Shown: piece after piece, positions 1-9,429 of the stretch
Layout of the letters: each line of letters starts with the position of its first letter
How positions within the stretch are numbered: the first letter of the stretch is position 1
Virus record (IMG/VR): IMGVR_UViG_3300048014_000057
Coordinates: 1-64,000 of that record
DNA: 64,000 bases
Strand: one strand, 5' to 3'
DNA from: a virus
Position numbers and translations under genes: made by a program
Notes under the pieces: model-generated
What the model was told of the DNA's origin: nothing
What the model saw: only the letters and a program-made list of their open reading frames with translations
The model's database searches: none

Positions 1-40
1 TGGGGCAAAAGAACCTATTGAAATTTTATTTTCCTTTCGT

Positions 41-130
41 TTATTGTAAAACTTTAGTTTATTGTAAAACTTTAGTTTATTGTAAAACTTTAGTTTATTG
101 TAAAACTTTAGTTTATTGTAAAACTTTCGT
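41..130. repeat. 18-bp tandem repeat x5 (TTATTGTAAAACTTTAGT)
   Basis: Units start at 41, 59, 77, 95 and 113 (last copy ends ...TTCGT). On the minus strand the unit is the last five codons plus stop of the gp53-like gene. Confidence 0.95.
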
Positions 131-1012
131 TAGTTGAGCCGAAGTATTCGCTACATATTGAGATTGTAGAATAGAAATTATTTTATTTGATTCATTTTTA
201 TTAGTTTCGTATTGAAAATATGTTACAGGATCATAAAAAACAAGCTCATCATTGGCAACTGATTGATATAAATTAATAATAATATCAGAGGAATTTGCAA
301 TCGTTATAGTTGAATTGGATTGTGTTCCGTATATACTAAAATAAGAAGAATTAATAACAGAATTTACTTGATTATTAGGAAGAAAATATCCGTTGCAATG
401 TTGTATTGATATATTATTAGAAGAAAATTGTACGACTTGGCCTGATCCATACATATTATTACTATAATTAATATTTACTATTTCATCTATAATAAAATTT
501 GGTATATTTGTAGAAAAATTAAAAGAAACCAAATAATTAGTTATTAATGTCCAATCTTCTTGAACTCTTACATATCCAAATATTTGCCCATATGCATCGA
601 ATTGTGGTTCATAATATTTTAATAAATCTGTATCTAATGCATTATATGCGGATACCGATATATTAGAATTAGCTCGATACCAATTGTTAGTAAAATACAT
701 TGTAGAAATTTGAGGTAATGTTAAAGACCCATATTTTTGTATAATAAAATCTGAAAATTCCGAAGGATTCATATACCATTGTCCATAAGGGTCTTGTATA
801 TTATTTGTTAAAAATAACAACCATTCTTGATAAGGATCACCATAATACTGGCGAGCCATTTGATCCGATCTTTGGTTATTATCGATAGATACAGGATAAA
901 ATAAGTATGGATTACTTAGAGTGGAATTGGCAATTGCCGCTCTTTCTGTTATATTAACAACTTGTTGACCATTATAATTAATTAATGGAAATTTACTAAA
1001 AAAAGTATCGAT
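113..1012 (-). CDS. gp53: Baseplate wedge protein gp53-like; probable ATC start at 1012
   Basis: Frame is open 51 codons upstream of the tracked ATG (IDTFFSKFPLINY...RSDQMARQYYGDP..EWL..LTNNIQDPY..W), the typical gp53 N-terminus/LysM-like motif. AGGAG lies 8 nt before the ATC. Confidence 0.8.
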   Translation of the reverse strand: MDTFFSKFPLINYNGQQVVNITERAAIANSTLSNPYLFYPVSIDNNQRSDQMARQYYGDPYQEWLLFLTNNIQDPYGQWYMNPSEFSDFIIQKYGSLTLPQISTMYFTNNWYRANSNISVSAYNALDTDLLKYYEPQFDAYGQIFGYVRVQEDWTLITNYLVSFNFSTNIPNFIIDEIVNINYSNNMYGSGQVVQFSSNNISIQHCNGYFLPNNQVNSVINSSYFSIYGTQSNSTITIANSSDIIINLYQSVANDELVFYDPVTYFQYETNKNESNKIISILQSQYVANTSAQLTKVLQ

Positions 1013-1023
1013 TCTAAAATCTC

Positions 1024-1995
1024 CTATTTATTATATATATTAATTGTATTTACTCCTGGAATTGTATAATTAGGATCAAGAGTATTTCCAGCCAAATCAG
1101 ACTTAAGCCAATATTCAATTTCTAATAATCTAAGAGTAAGTCCAATAGAAATAGGTGCATTGGTAGTTGCATAAAATCCAGGAGTCTGTCCGGGAGCATA
1201 ATTTACTTCGGCACTTTCTATAACACAATATTTAAAAGAATACATATATCCGGCTGGGGTAATAACGGGTAAGACTAAATCAGGATATTGTAATAAAGTA
1301 CCGGCTGCTGCTTGATTTGTATCAGGAAGTTGATGATATCTAAATTTATTAATAATATATTTTAGAGTATTTGATTCTGTCTGATTGGTAGCCGTAAATA
1401 TCCATGAAAATGTATGTCTTTTAAAAGTAGGAGAAGTAAATAAGATTGTATCATAAGGATTTATCGCTACGCCTTCGGTTTGTAAAGCAAGAGCGGTTGC
1501 ATTTTGTACTCCAAAAATTTGACCTAGAGCATTTATAAGATTAGAAGCACCACCTGTTGCCAATCCTTCTAAAAATGCCGTAGAATCATTTTGTAATTGT
1601 GAAATTGTACTCTGCCCAGAGTTTTTTACTTGTATCTGAGCATCAAGAGCCGCGCCAATGGCAGGATTTAAATGAAAATCTGCTTCCTTATAATTAATTG
1701 ACTGTGCATCTATTAATTGAGAAGGGAGAGGTAATATTATTGTACCCTGTGGATTTGCAAAGGGAGTCTGAAAAATAGATGGTCTTTGATATTGATAAAA
1801 TGTAAAAGACATAAAATATGCACGAGAAGAAGTTGCATCTATTAAATCACCAGGAAAAACTGTTGTCTGTACTGTATTATATTGTGAATTAGTTCTTTGT
1901 GTTACAGTAGATAAAAAATTAGAAACACCAGAAACACCTGATTTTACTAAACTATTTAAATTATTTTCTAAAGTTCCTACTATTGAATCTGCCAT
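1024..1995 (-). CDS. gp48: Baseplate tail-tube cap gp48-like
   Basis: I.LPLP motif, INPY.TILF.SP.FKRH.F.W.F, and C-terminal CVI....VNY.P...P..I.L.L.L.E.E; adjacent to gp53. Confidence 0.8.
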   Translation of the reverse strand: MADSIVGTLENNLNSLVKSGVSGVSNFLSTVTQRTNSQYNTVQTTVFPGDLIDATSSRAYFMSFTFYQYQRPSIFQTPFANPQGTIILPLPSQLIDAQSINYKEADFHLNPAIGAALDAQIQVKNSGQSTISQLQNDSTAFLEGLATGGASNLINALGQIFGVQNATALALQTEGVAINPYDTILFTSPTFKRHTFSWIFTATNQTESNTLKYIINKFRYHQLPDTNQAAAGTLLQYPDLVLPVITPAGYMYSFKYCVIESAEVNYAPGQTPGFYATTNAPISIGLTLRLLEIEYWLKSDLAGNTLDPNYTIPGVNTINIYNK

Positions 1996-2067
1996 TTAAT
2001 TCTTTCTTTTTTATTATATTTATTATGAAAAAGATAAATATAATAAAGGTAGAAAGGTAAGAATTAA

Positions 2068-2439
2068 ATGATAGAATTATATGCGGGAGATACTTTTTCT
2101 TACACGTCCAATGTTTCTCTTTCTAATTCATATTCATGGAATGCTAATGCTGTAGTCACTTCTCTAGACCTGAATGATTTATATTTTAATAATACAGAAA
2201 TTGGAATTTTAAATTGTAATTTATCTCCCATCGTAACTTCGACTCCAAATTCTATTAATTATACTTTAACATTATCCTCTCCTTCAAATAATACTATTAA
2301 TTGGATTTCTAATTCTGTAAATATTTCTGAAAGAGTTTTATATCTTTTTACACAATTTACGGCTAATACATCTAATACACAAATAATACAAAATGGAAAT
2401 ACACAAATAGTAAGAGTTAAAGCAGCCATATATTCCTAA
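2068..2439 (+). CDS. Hypothetical N/S/T-rich virion protein
   Basis: ORF with RBS and upstream GATAAATA late-promoter motif; coupled to gp4. Confidence 0.6.
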   Translation: MIELYAGDTFSYTSNVSLSNSYSWNANAVVTSLDLNDLYFNNTEIGILNCNLSPIVTSTPNSINYTLTLSSPSNNTINWISNSVNISERVLYLFTQFTANTSNTQIIQNGNTQIVRVKAAIYS

Positions 2440-2885
2440 TGCCTAAGTATAAACAAGGTCAATTTAAACCTTCTAAACCAGAAAAATATAAAGGTGATGT
2501 AAATAATATATTTTACAGATCATCTTGGGAATTAAAAACATTTTCTATATTAGACAGAAATCCAAACGTTATTGAATGGTCATCAGAAGAAATAATTATT
2601 CCCTATATTTCTCCAAAAGATAATAAAATACATAGATATTTTGTTGATATTTTTTGTAAATTAAAAAATAAAAATGGCATTATAGAAACATTATTAATAG
2701 AAATAAAGCCCTTGGTTCAAACTTCTCCACCTATAAAGGGAAAAAGAATAACCAAGGGCTTTATTAATGAAGTTCTAACATATGCAGTAAACGATGCTAA
2801 ATGGAAAGCCGCACAAGATTACTGTGATAAAAGAGGATGGAAATTTAAAATATTTACAGAAAAAGAATTAGGTATTAAAATTTAA
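2439..2885 (+). CDS. gp4: Head completion nuclease gp4 (TnsA-like PD-(D/E)xK)
   Basis: KYKGD...I.YRSSWE, WSSEE..IPY.SP.D...HRYFVD, IEIKP, N.AKW.AA..YC..RGW.F...TEKEL. Confidence 0.92.
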   Translation: MPKYKQGQFKPSKPEKYKGDVNNIFYRSSWELKTFSILDRNPNVIEWSSEEIIIPYISPKDNKIHRYFVDIFCKLKNKNGIIETLLIEIKPLVQTSPPIKGKRITKGFINEVLTYAVNDAKWKAAQDYCDKRGWKFKIFTEKELGIKI

Positions 2886-3170
2886 TTCCATATCTAATTC
2901 TTTTATTTGATTTTTAAGTTCTTCGAGTTTTTTCTTTTTCTTCTCTATTTCTTCCATATCATTTACTATTGATAGTTTTTCTTTATGATGGTTATCTCCT
3001 ACTAAAAGATAACCTTCTCTTTTTACAATATTTAGAATATAAGAAAGAGTAGCCATTGCATAAATTTCTCCTGTATGATATTCTTTCAATTTTGCATAGA
3101 TAGTATCTCCATGTTCTCCTTTTCCATGTCTTATATCAGTAATTTTAAATTTTTTTAATTCGTGTTGCAT
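2868..3170 (-). CDS. Hypothetical protein
   Basis: 100-aa ORF with GGAG RBS. Confidence 0.6.
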   Translation of the reverse strand: MQHELKKFKITDIRHGKGEHGDTIYAKLKEYHTGEIYAMATLSYILNIVKREGYLLVGDNHHKEKLSIVNDMEEIEKKKKKLEELKNQIKELDMELNFNT

Positions 3171-3234
3171 TATAATTTAATCTCCATAAAAAAAATATTA
3201 AAAAAGGGAGATTTTACTCTCCCTTTTATTTGCA

Positions 3235-3579
3235 TTAAAGTTGTGTGCGAGGACCAGCTTTTATAAAACCCATATTAAGATATTTTCCGACTTCAGAAGG
3301 ATCAACACGAATTTTTTCCTTTGTTTCTTTATTGCCCATCCAAACCTTACCCACAAGGGAAGCTCCACGCCCCCCAACCCTAATTTCCTTACTTTGTTCC
3401 CCATCTTCTTCTAAAACGGCTTCTGGGGCCTTCCCTCTGGGTCTATTAAGCCATTCTTGAAGTTGGGCTCTGGCATCTTCCTCAGTTGAACCTATAAAAT
3501 GATAGGGAAGAACAGAACTATTGGCTTGATAGGTAAGACAAACCTGATTTTTAATGGTAATTCTCTCTTCCATTTTCAT
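3235..3579 (-). CDS. Hypothetical early protein with C-terminal homing-endonuclease-type DNA-binding repeat
   Basis: AAGGAG RBS before MKMEER; C-terminal VWMGN...KIRV..SEV.KYL..GFIKA motif. Confidence 0.6.
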   Translation of the reverse strand: MKMEERITIKNQVCLTYQANSSVLPYHFIGSTEEDARAQLQEWLNRPRGKAPEAVLEEDGEQSKEIRVGGRGASLVGKVWMGNKETKEKIRVDPSEVGKYLNMGFIKAGPRTQL

Positions 3580-3601
3580 TCTCCTTTTAGAGGGTAAGTA
3601 T

Positions 3602-3630
3602 TCTATACCACCTTTTAGAAAAAATGTCAA
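3602..3630 (-). promoter_or_regulatory. Sigma70-type early promoter
   Basis: TTGACA-N17-TATAGA on the minus strand. Similar TTGACA boxes lie upstream of minus-strand genes near 6385, 21140, 40203, 51600 and 60482. Confidence 0.6.
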
Positions 3631-3639
3631 GAGAAAAAT

Positions 3640-4695
3640 TTATAAATCAATAATTATTTTTAGTTCTTTTTCTATTTCTTTTCCATTACGTAGAATTTTA
3701 ATTTTTATAATATCTTCTGGTGTATGTAAATATAACGTCTTAATGACATCAGAAGTATCTAACATATTAATATTGTCAATAGATAAAATAATATCATTTT
3801 TTTCTAAAATTCCATATGCGGGATAATTTTTGAGAACATCAACAACTAAAACTCCTGATTTATCCATATTATAAATTATTGAATTATCTTCATTTAAATT
3901 GGTTATTTTTATTCCAATTCTTCTATTAAGAAAATGATGAAATAATCCTAATTCATAGGAAACAAAATTTAAATATTTAGAAGGAATAGCAAAACCTAAA
4001 CCAATAGAATTTCCTGTAGTTGAGATAATCATAGAATTCATTCCTATGACTTCCATATGAGAATTAAATAATGGACCACCAGAATTACCATGATTCATAG
4101 GTGCATCTATTTGAATATAATCATTAAAAACAGAATCAGCCCCTTGAAGTTTTCTGTGAAGGTGAGATATAATACCACGGGTAAGTGTTTGTTCCAAACC
4201 AAGAGGGGAACCAGAAGTCCAAATTTCGTCACCAACTTTTATATTATCAGAATCTCCAATTTTTACATATCTTGAAGAGAGGGGAATTTTTTCAACTTTA
4301 AGAAGCGCAATATCTTCTCTTTGATCATTTCCAACTACATCGGCATTTTCTTTTGTACCATCAGAAAATGTAACTAAAATATCAAATGCATTATTAATAA
4401 TATGGGAATTAGTTAAAATAAGACCATTTTTAAAAAGAATAAATCCAGAACCTACAGAATGTTGAATTTTATGAGGAAAAGATAAATTTGTTTTTTTATA
4501 TTTTTTCATTGATTCTTGAAATTGCATATCAAAAGGTGTATAATCTTCTGGTTTTCTTTCCTCAATACTTGCTACTTGAATATTAACTGTTCCATCGGAA
4601 ATATTAGAAATATTATCCACAACATCGGAACTTTTTATTTCATCTGCAAAAGAAATATTAGAAAATAATAAAAGAAAAAATAAAAAAAATTTCAT
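3640..4695 (-). CDS. degP: HtrA/DegP-family serine protease with PDZ domain and signal peptide
   Basis: GSGFI, LTNSH, DIALLK, IQIDA.MN.GNSGGPL catalytic motifs; C-terminal PDZ; hydrophobic N-terminus. Confidence 0.92.
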   Translation of the reverse strand: MKFFLFFLLLFSNISFADEIKSSDVVDNISNISDGTVNIQVASIEERKPEDYTPFDMQFQESMKKYKKTNLSFPHKIQHSVGSGFILFKNGLILTNSHIINNAFDILVTFSDGTKENADVVGNDQREDIALLKVEKIPLSSRYVKIGDSDNIKVGDEIWTSGSPLGLEQTLTRGIISHLHRKLQGADSVFNDYIQIDAPMNHGNSGGPLFNSHMEVIGMNSMIISTTGNSIGLGFAIPSKYLNFVSYELGLFHHFLNRRIGIKITNLNEDNSIIYNMDKSGVLVVDVLKNYPAYGILEKNDIILSIDNINMLDTSDVIKTLYLHTPEDIIKIKILRNGKEIEKELKIIIDL

Positions 4696-5030
4696 TTGGC
4701 ATCCTTTACTAAATTATCGAGAAAATCTCTTAATGGAGGTAAATTAAATTCTGTAGTTTCATTATAACTAAGAAATACAATACAAATTTTAGATTTATCA
4801 TTTTTAATAGAAATGAGAATATCCTGAGAAGTTTTAAAATTATTAAATAATATATAACTTACATTATTGATATTATCTTCAAATTTTAATATAGATAAAA
4901 ATCCTTTTTTTGAGATATCAGAAATAAATGTTTCTGATTTAGAACAATCTGGATTTTCTTGTGTATAAGGTGCTGCCGATACAGAATTAATTGATAATAA
5001 TAAACCTAGTGTAATTAATAATTTTTTCAT
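4692..5030 (-). CDS. Hypothetical exported protein
   Basis: Signal peptide MKKLLITLGLLLSINSVSA; coupled to degP. Confidence 0.65.
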   Translation of the reverse strand: MKKLLITLGLLLSINSVSAAPYTQENPDCSKSETFISDISKKGFLSILKFEDNINNVSYILFNNFKTSQDILISIKNDKSKICIVFLSYNETTEFNLPPLRDFLDNLVKDAK

Positions 5031-5512
5031 TTAAAATCCTAATCCTTTTTCTAATTCTAATTTACTTCCTTGTAATCTTAATTTTATATCTTTTCCTTCT
5101 ATTTCTTGGGAAAGAATATCATAATTAAGAATTAATTCTTGTTTACTTTCAAGAGTATTAAAATTAATAATAACTGCTTTAACCATAGCAATACAATATT
5201 CATTATAAAATTTAATTTTTATATTACTTTCACTAGAAGCCTTGTAATAATAACCAATAAATTTTTGAATATCAAGTATTTTATCATAATACCATAATGA
5301 AATAAATCCTACATATTCATTATTTGACCACTATTTACGTAACCAATAACCATGAATATATTTATTAAATTCAATAGGATTAACAACAAAAATAAAAGTT
5401 TCGAGAAAAAGTTGTGTAAAATGCTTTGGATTAAGGTCTTCTTTATTTTCTTTTGATTTATCTACATTAAGAAGCACATCAATAAGTTTCATTTGTTTTC
5501 CTTTTTTTTAAT

Positions 5513-5589
5513 TGGAGTCAGGAATGGGACTCGAACCCATATAAAAAGGTTTTGCAGACCTTACCATAACCATTCTGGAACATCCTGAC
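5513..5589 (-). tRNA. tRNA-Cys(GCA)
   Basis: GTCAGGA/TCCTGAC acceptor stem, AAGGT-CTGCAAA-ACCTT anticodon arm, GTTCGAG T-loop, encoded CCA. Confidence 0.93.
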
Positions 5590-5610
5590 ATAATTTTTTC
5601 ATTTTAAATT

Positions 5611-5684
5611 TGGTCCCTCGTAACGGTACTGCCCCGTTTTCATGTGGGTGAAGGCCACGTATCCTACTTTTAAACGAACGAGGG
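5611..5684 (-). tRNA. tRNA-Glu(TTC), atypical (C33, T-loop GGCAGTA)
   Basis: CCCTCGT/ACGAGGG acceptor + A + CCA; GTGG-CCTTCAC-CCAC anticodon arm; AACGG/CCGTT T-stem. Confidence 0.75.
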
Positions 5685-5804
5685 TTATTTACCTATTTAT
5701 AATAATTTCTTTACATTTTTTGGTTTCATGATATTCTCTTTGTTTGATTATACAATATAAATCATTATATTTCCAATAGGATGAAAAAAATTTTTTAATA
5801 TATT

Positions 5805-6095
5805 TCATAGAAAATAATTCTTATCTTTTACAAGATCATATTCTGCTATAAACATCTTGAAATTGCAACCAGAACTTCTAAAAATTTCCATCCATTTATC
5901 TATAATATTTCTTTCAAATGGACCTAAAACAAATTCAGCCTGATTAGGAGGCTTTAAATTTTCCTTAAAATTAATATGAATATTTCTAAACATAAATTTT
6001 GCATATAATTGTGGATATTTTTCATTATCCACGTCTACTAAAAATCTGGCAATATAATTCATTTTTTTCTTTCTAAAATTAAAAATATTAAACAT
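5805..6095 (-). CDS. Hypothetical protein
   Basis: 96-aa ORF in a minus-strand early cluster. Confidence 0.55.
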   Translation of the reverse strand: MFNIFNFRKKKMNYIARFLVDVDNEKYPQLYAKFMFRNIHINFKENLKPPNQAEFVLGPFERNIIDKWMEIFRSSGCNFKMFIAEYDLVKDKNYFL

Positions 6096-6098
6096 TTT

Positions 6099-6326
6099 TT
6101 ATTTATCTTTATTTTCCTTATTATGTATATTTTCTTTTATCCACTTATCATCTATATTAATTGGACATAAGAATTCTTCTTCAATATAAACATAATGACA
6201 CCAATCCCAATTATGGGGCTTACTTTTCAAATATTCTATCATTTCGTTTTTATTATAAAATTTTCCTTTAAAATCCTCAAATCCACCACTAGGATAATAA
6301 TTGTCTCCATAAAATAATAAAATCAT
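6099..6326 (-). CDS. Hypothetical phage protein (YYPxGG motif)
   Basis: LLFYGDNYYPSGGFEDF...DWCH motif; GGAG RBS; upstream TTGACA. Confidence 0.65.
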   Translation of the reverse strand: MILLFYGDNYYPSGGFEDFKGKFYNKNEMIEYLKSKPHNWDWCHYVYIEEEFLCPINIDDKWIKENIHNKENKDK

Positions 6327-6433
6327 CTTTTTTCTCCAATTGATATTATGTACACTACTACCCTACTAAAAAAATTTCAAATGTCAACTCATATTTTCTA
6401 AATAAATATTTAAAATAATAAAAAGGGATAAAA

Positions 6434-7789
6434 ATGACTGAAAGAAGTTTTGCTGGTCTTGAAAATAGAATGTGGTGGGGAGTAGTTGATTCTGTAATGG
6501 ACCCCGATCAGGAGGGTAGAGTCCGAGTAAGAATTCATAAATTACATGATAATGAAAGTGATGTTCCTAGTTCTGCTTTGCCTTGGTCTAAACCTCTACA
6601 AGATATTACTTCTGCTGGTCATAATAAAATTGGAAAAGCTCCGGTAGGTTTAATAGTTGGTTCTACTGTTATGGGATTTTTTTTAGATAATGATCAACAA
6701 TATCCTGTACATATAGGATCAATTGCCAAAGCCGGGGATGCTTCTAATACTGAAACTGTTGGTGGAAAAGAACAATTAAAAGATGGTACTAATTCTACTC
6801 CCCCAGGAATAAGAATTGCAAATAATGCAAATATTACCAGAGCAAGTAGAAATATACAAACTGATGATCAAACTCAAATTTCCTATAATAATAACTATAC
6901 TCCCCCAGAACAAAATGATACGGATGGAGTAAATATTACAAAAAATGCGATTGATAAAACAAAATTTTCCTCTATACCTACAGTGTCTTCCGTTCTAAAT
7001 CCTGTTGGAAATATTCTTTCTCAACTACAAAAAATTGATCCTCAAAATCTTAATGCTGTTTTACCTAATGCAATTCCTAATTTTCAAAAAATTCTAGATT
7101 TAAATACATTTTCTTCAACTTCTGGTGCTGTTGGAGTTCTAGGACAAGCATTGGGAAGTGCCTTTAATTCTATTGCATCACAATTAGGTAGTTTTTCATC
7201 TATTATATCTTCTATAACACCTTTATTGAATTCATTTTCTTCACTATCTACGAATGCCTCACAAGCTCTTACTACTGCTTTATCCTTATTAAATCAAGAA
7301 ATAAATGTTTCTGCCACTGTTCAAGGAGTTATTAACTCTTCTCTACAACCTTTAATTAATACTCTAACACCTTTAATTCAAAATGGTTCAATAACAGTAA
7401 CACAATTTGAAAATATTATTTCTTTATTTTTATCCCAAATACAAGATAATGGTACACAAGCTACTCTGGGACAAGGTGCTACTCAATCTAACATTTTTAA
7501 TATGTTATCTACTTTACTTCCTACAATTACCTCCCAAATAGAAAATACTCTTAATAATCATCTTCCTCCTTCTGTATTAAATCAACCTTTAATAACAGAG
7601 GCTTTAAAAAAATTTTCTATGAATCAATCCTTGCTGAAAGCACCTACAAATGGTAAAAAGGCGTTGGCGACTCAAGCTGTTTCTCAATCTACCAATCAAA
7701 TTTTTACACAATTGACAAATAATTTAAGTCAAATAGAAAATATTGGTAGTGCAGCACTTCAACCCTTTAAAGATTTGGCGGGACTATGA
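6434..7789 (+). CDS. gp5: Baseplate hub gp5-like (N-terminal OB fold; no lysozyme or beta-helix visible)
   Basis: WWGVV....DP...GRVRVRI...H......LPW...Q..TSA...G...VG...GS.V.GFFLD...QYP...G. Confidence 0.85.
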   Translation: MTERSFAGLENRMWWGVVDSVMDPDQEGRVRVRIHKLHDNESDVPSSALPWSKPLQDITSAGHNKIGKAPVGLIVGSTVMGFFLDNDQQYPVHIGSIAKAGDASNTETVGGKEQLKDGTNSTPPGIRIANNANITRASRNIQTDDQTQISYNNNYTPPEQNDTDGVNITKNAIDKTKFSSIPTVSSVLNPVGNILSQLQKIDPQNLNAVLPNAIPNFQKILDLNTFSSTSGAVGVLGQALGSAFNSIASQLGSFSSIISSITPLLNSFSSLSTNASQALTTALSLLNQEINVSATVQGVINSSLQPLINTLTPLIQNGSITVTQFENIISLFLSQIQDNGTQATLGQGATQSNIFNMLSTLLPTITSQIENTLNNHLPPSVLNQPLITEALKKFSMNQSLLKAPTNGKKALATQAVSQSTNQIFTQLTNNLSQIENIGSAALQPFKDLAGL

Positions 7790-8334
7790 ATTTAGATATT
7801 CTAAAAGAAAATTATATTATACCAAAAAAATATGAAAGAATTATAAAAACATTTACAGAAAATTCTTTTCCTATTAATAATTATCTATGGAAAAAATATA
7901 ATAAAGAAATAGAAGTTTCTTTTGAATTTGAAGCCATAGTAAATAATATAGATCAAATTCTTTTTTCATATTCGATGCCTAAAGATATGAAAGTTTATCA
8001 TAAATCTATCTATGATCCAAGAAAATTATATAAAATAGATAATAATATATTTTTTCCTTGTTACATTTCAACTTCTATTTCTAAAAATTATGTTGAATTT
8101 TATTATAAGAATAGGAATGTCTATAAAATAGATAATATTTATCATAATAATATTTTTATAATAAATATAAGAAAAGGAAATCCTGGAATTTTTATACCTG
8201 ATGAATATAATATTGATAATAAAGTAAAAGAATTTATTATACCGCATTCATCTTATTTAAAATACATTCAAACAAATTCCCAAGAAACACATAAAAACAA
8301 TTTTACACATTTTCATGAAATGGAATTACAATGA
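7786..8334 (+). CDS. ADP-ribosyltransferase (VIP2/Alt-like), divergent
   Basis: INNYLW helix, KVYH, YISTS and KEFIIP motifs; aligns by eye with 9426..10055. Confidence 0.7.
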   Translation: MNLDILKENYIIPKKYERIIKTFTENSFPINNYLWKKYNKEIEVSFEFEAIVNNIDQILFSYSMPKDMKVYHKSIYDPRKLYKIDNNIFFPCYISTSISKNYVEFYYKNRNVYKIDNIYHNNIFIINIRKGNPGIFIPDEYNIDNKVKEFIIPHSSYLKYIQTNSQETHKNNFTHFHEMELQ

Positions 8335-8732
8335 CTTCTAATACTCTAGAATTAAATCTTAATATAGATTCTCTCGATAATAATTTTAAGGTAGAAAAAA
8401 TACCCGAAGAAGAAATTATAGCCAAAAGTGATTTTGAAAAAGCTAGAGGTAATATTGTTGATATCATACAAATTGGTTCTTCGGCAGTTAAAGAATTAGC
8501 CTATCTTGCCAATGTTTCTCAGTCCCCAGAACATTATGAAATTTTATCTAAATTGATTAAAGATTTATCGGATACTTCCAATAAGTTAATGGAAACTCAT
8601 ATACAAATGGAAAAAATAAATAATAAAAAAATGAAAAAAGAAGGCGATAATAATTTTAATTTATTTTTAACTACATCACAAATTTCAGCAGCTTTAAAAA
8701 ATATAGAAGGATCAATTAATGAAAAGTCTTAG
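8331..8732 (+). CDS. gp16: Terminase small subunit gp16-like
   Basis: DFEKAR.NI..II..G..A...L..LA..SQSP.HYE.L..LIK...D...KL...H, then NNFNLF.TT; upstream of gp17. Confidence 0.75.
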   Translation: MTSNTLELNLNIDSLDNNFKVEKIPEEEIIAKSDFEKARGNIVDIIQIGSSAVKELAYLANVSQSPEHYEILSKLIKDLSDTSNKLMETHIQMEKINNKKMKKEGDNNFNLFLTTSQISAALKNIEGSINEKS

Positions 8733-9429
8733 ATTAATTTTAGAAAACGAAGATAACAATATTCAGGGAGTTTCTCCTACGCAATTTAAAAAAGATTTAA
8801 AATCTAAATCATTACCAAATTACGATTGGGTACACGAAAATGCCCAAAGAAATTTAACCGGAAATATTTCACATATTAAAGGAGAAGAAAAACATGCAAT
8901 TGGACGATGGACTCAACCTTCTCCGGTAGGTTATAAAGAAATAAATGGACATATGAGAAATGGAAATGGTGATGAAGAAACTGATGAAATATCAAATCAT
9001 TTACATAATGCTGTAAATGGTCATGAATTGCCCAACGCAACTTATGCTTATCGTGGAATACATGCAAATCATTCCAGATCCTTGAATAGTTTAAGACCAG
9101 GAGATACTTTTCATTCTAGAGGATTTTCTTCGACTACTCTTGATCCTGCTAGAGCTACACATTTTGCCAAAGGTGAAGATATTATGGCTTTTCATATTCC
9201 ACAAGGAAGTAAAGCATTATATGTAAGTCATCCTAAATTAAATTCTTGGACTCCCGAAAGAGAAATGCTTTTACCTAATAATACACATTTTAAATATCAT
9301 GGTCACGAAACGATAGAAGCTCCTGAACATGATTATACTGGAAGAAAAACAGGAAAAACAAGAAAATATAAACTTCATCATGTAGAAGTAATCCCTCATT
9401 CTAGAACTTCGATTCAAATAGACAAATGA
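8719..9429 (+). CDS. ADP-ribosyltransferase (R-STS-ExE, Alt/ModB-like)
   Basis: YKEINGHMR, YAYRG, GFSSTT, EREMLLP catalytic motifs. Confidence 0.88.
   Translation: MKSLRLILENEDNNIQGVSPTQFKKDLKSKSLPNYDWVHENAQRNLTGNISHIKGEEKHAIGRWTQPSPVGYKEINGHMRNGNGDEETDEISNHLHNAVNGHELPNATYAYRGIHANHSRSLNSLRPGDTFHSRGFSSTTLDPARATHFAKGEDIMAFHIPQGSKALYVSHPKLNSWTPEREMLLPNNTHFKYHGHETIEAPEHDYTGRKTGKTRKYKLHHVEVIPHSRTSIQIDK

Noticed and set aside
41-130. Possible CRISPR array
   Set aside because: Repeats are head-to-tail with no spacers, and no cas operon is present in the window.
5611-5684. Opal suppressor/Sec tRNA (TCA)
   Set aside because: Stem pairing centres TTC in the 7-nt loop; no long variable arm.
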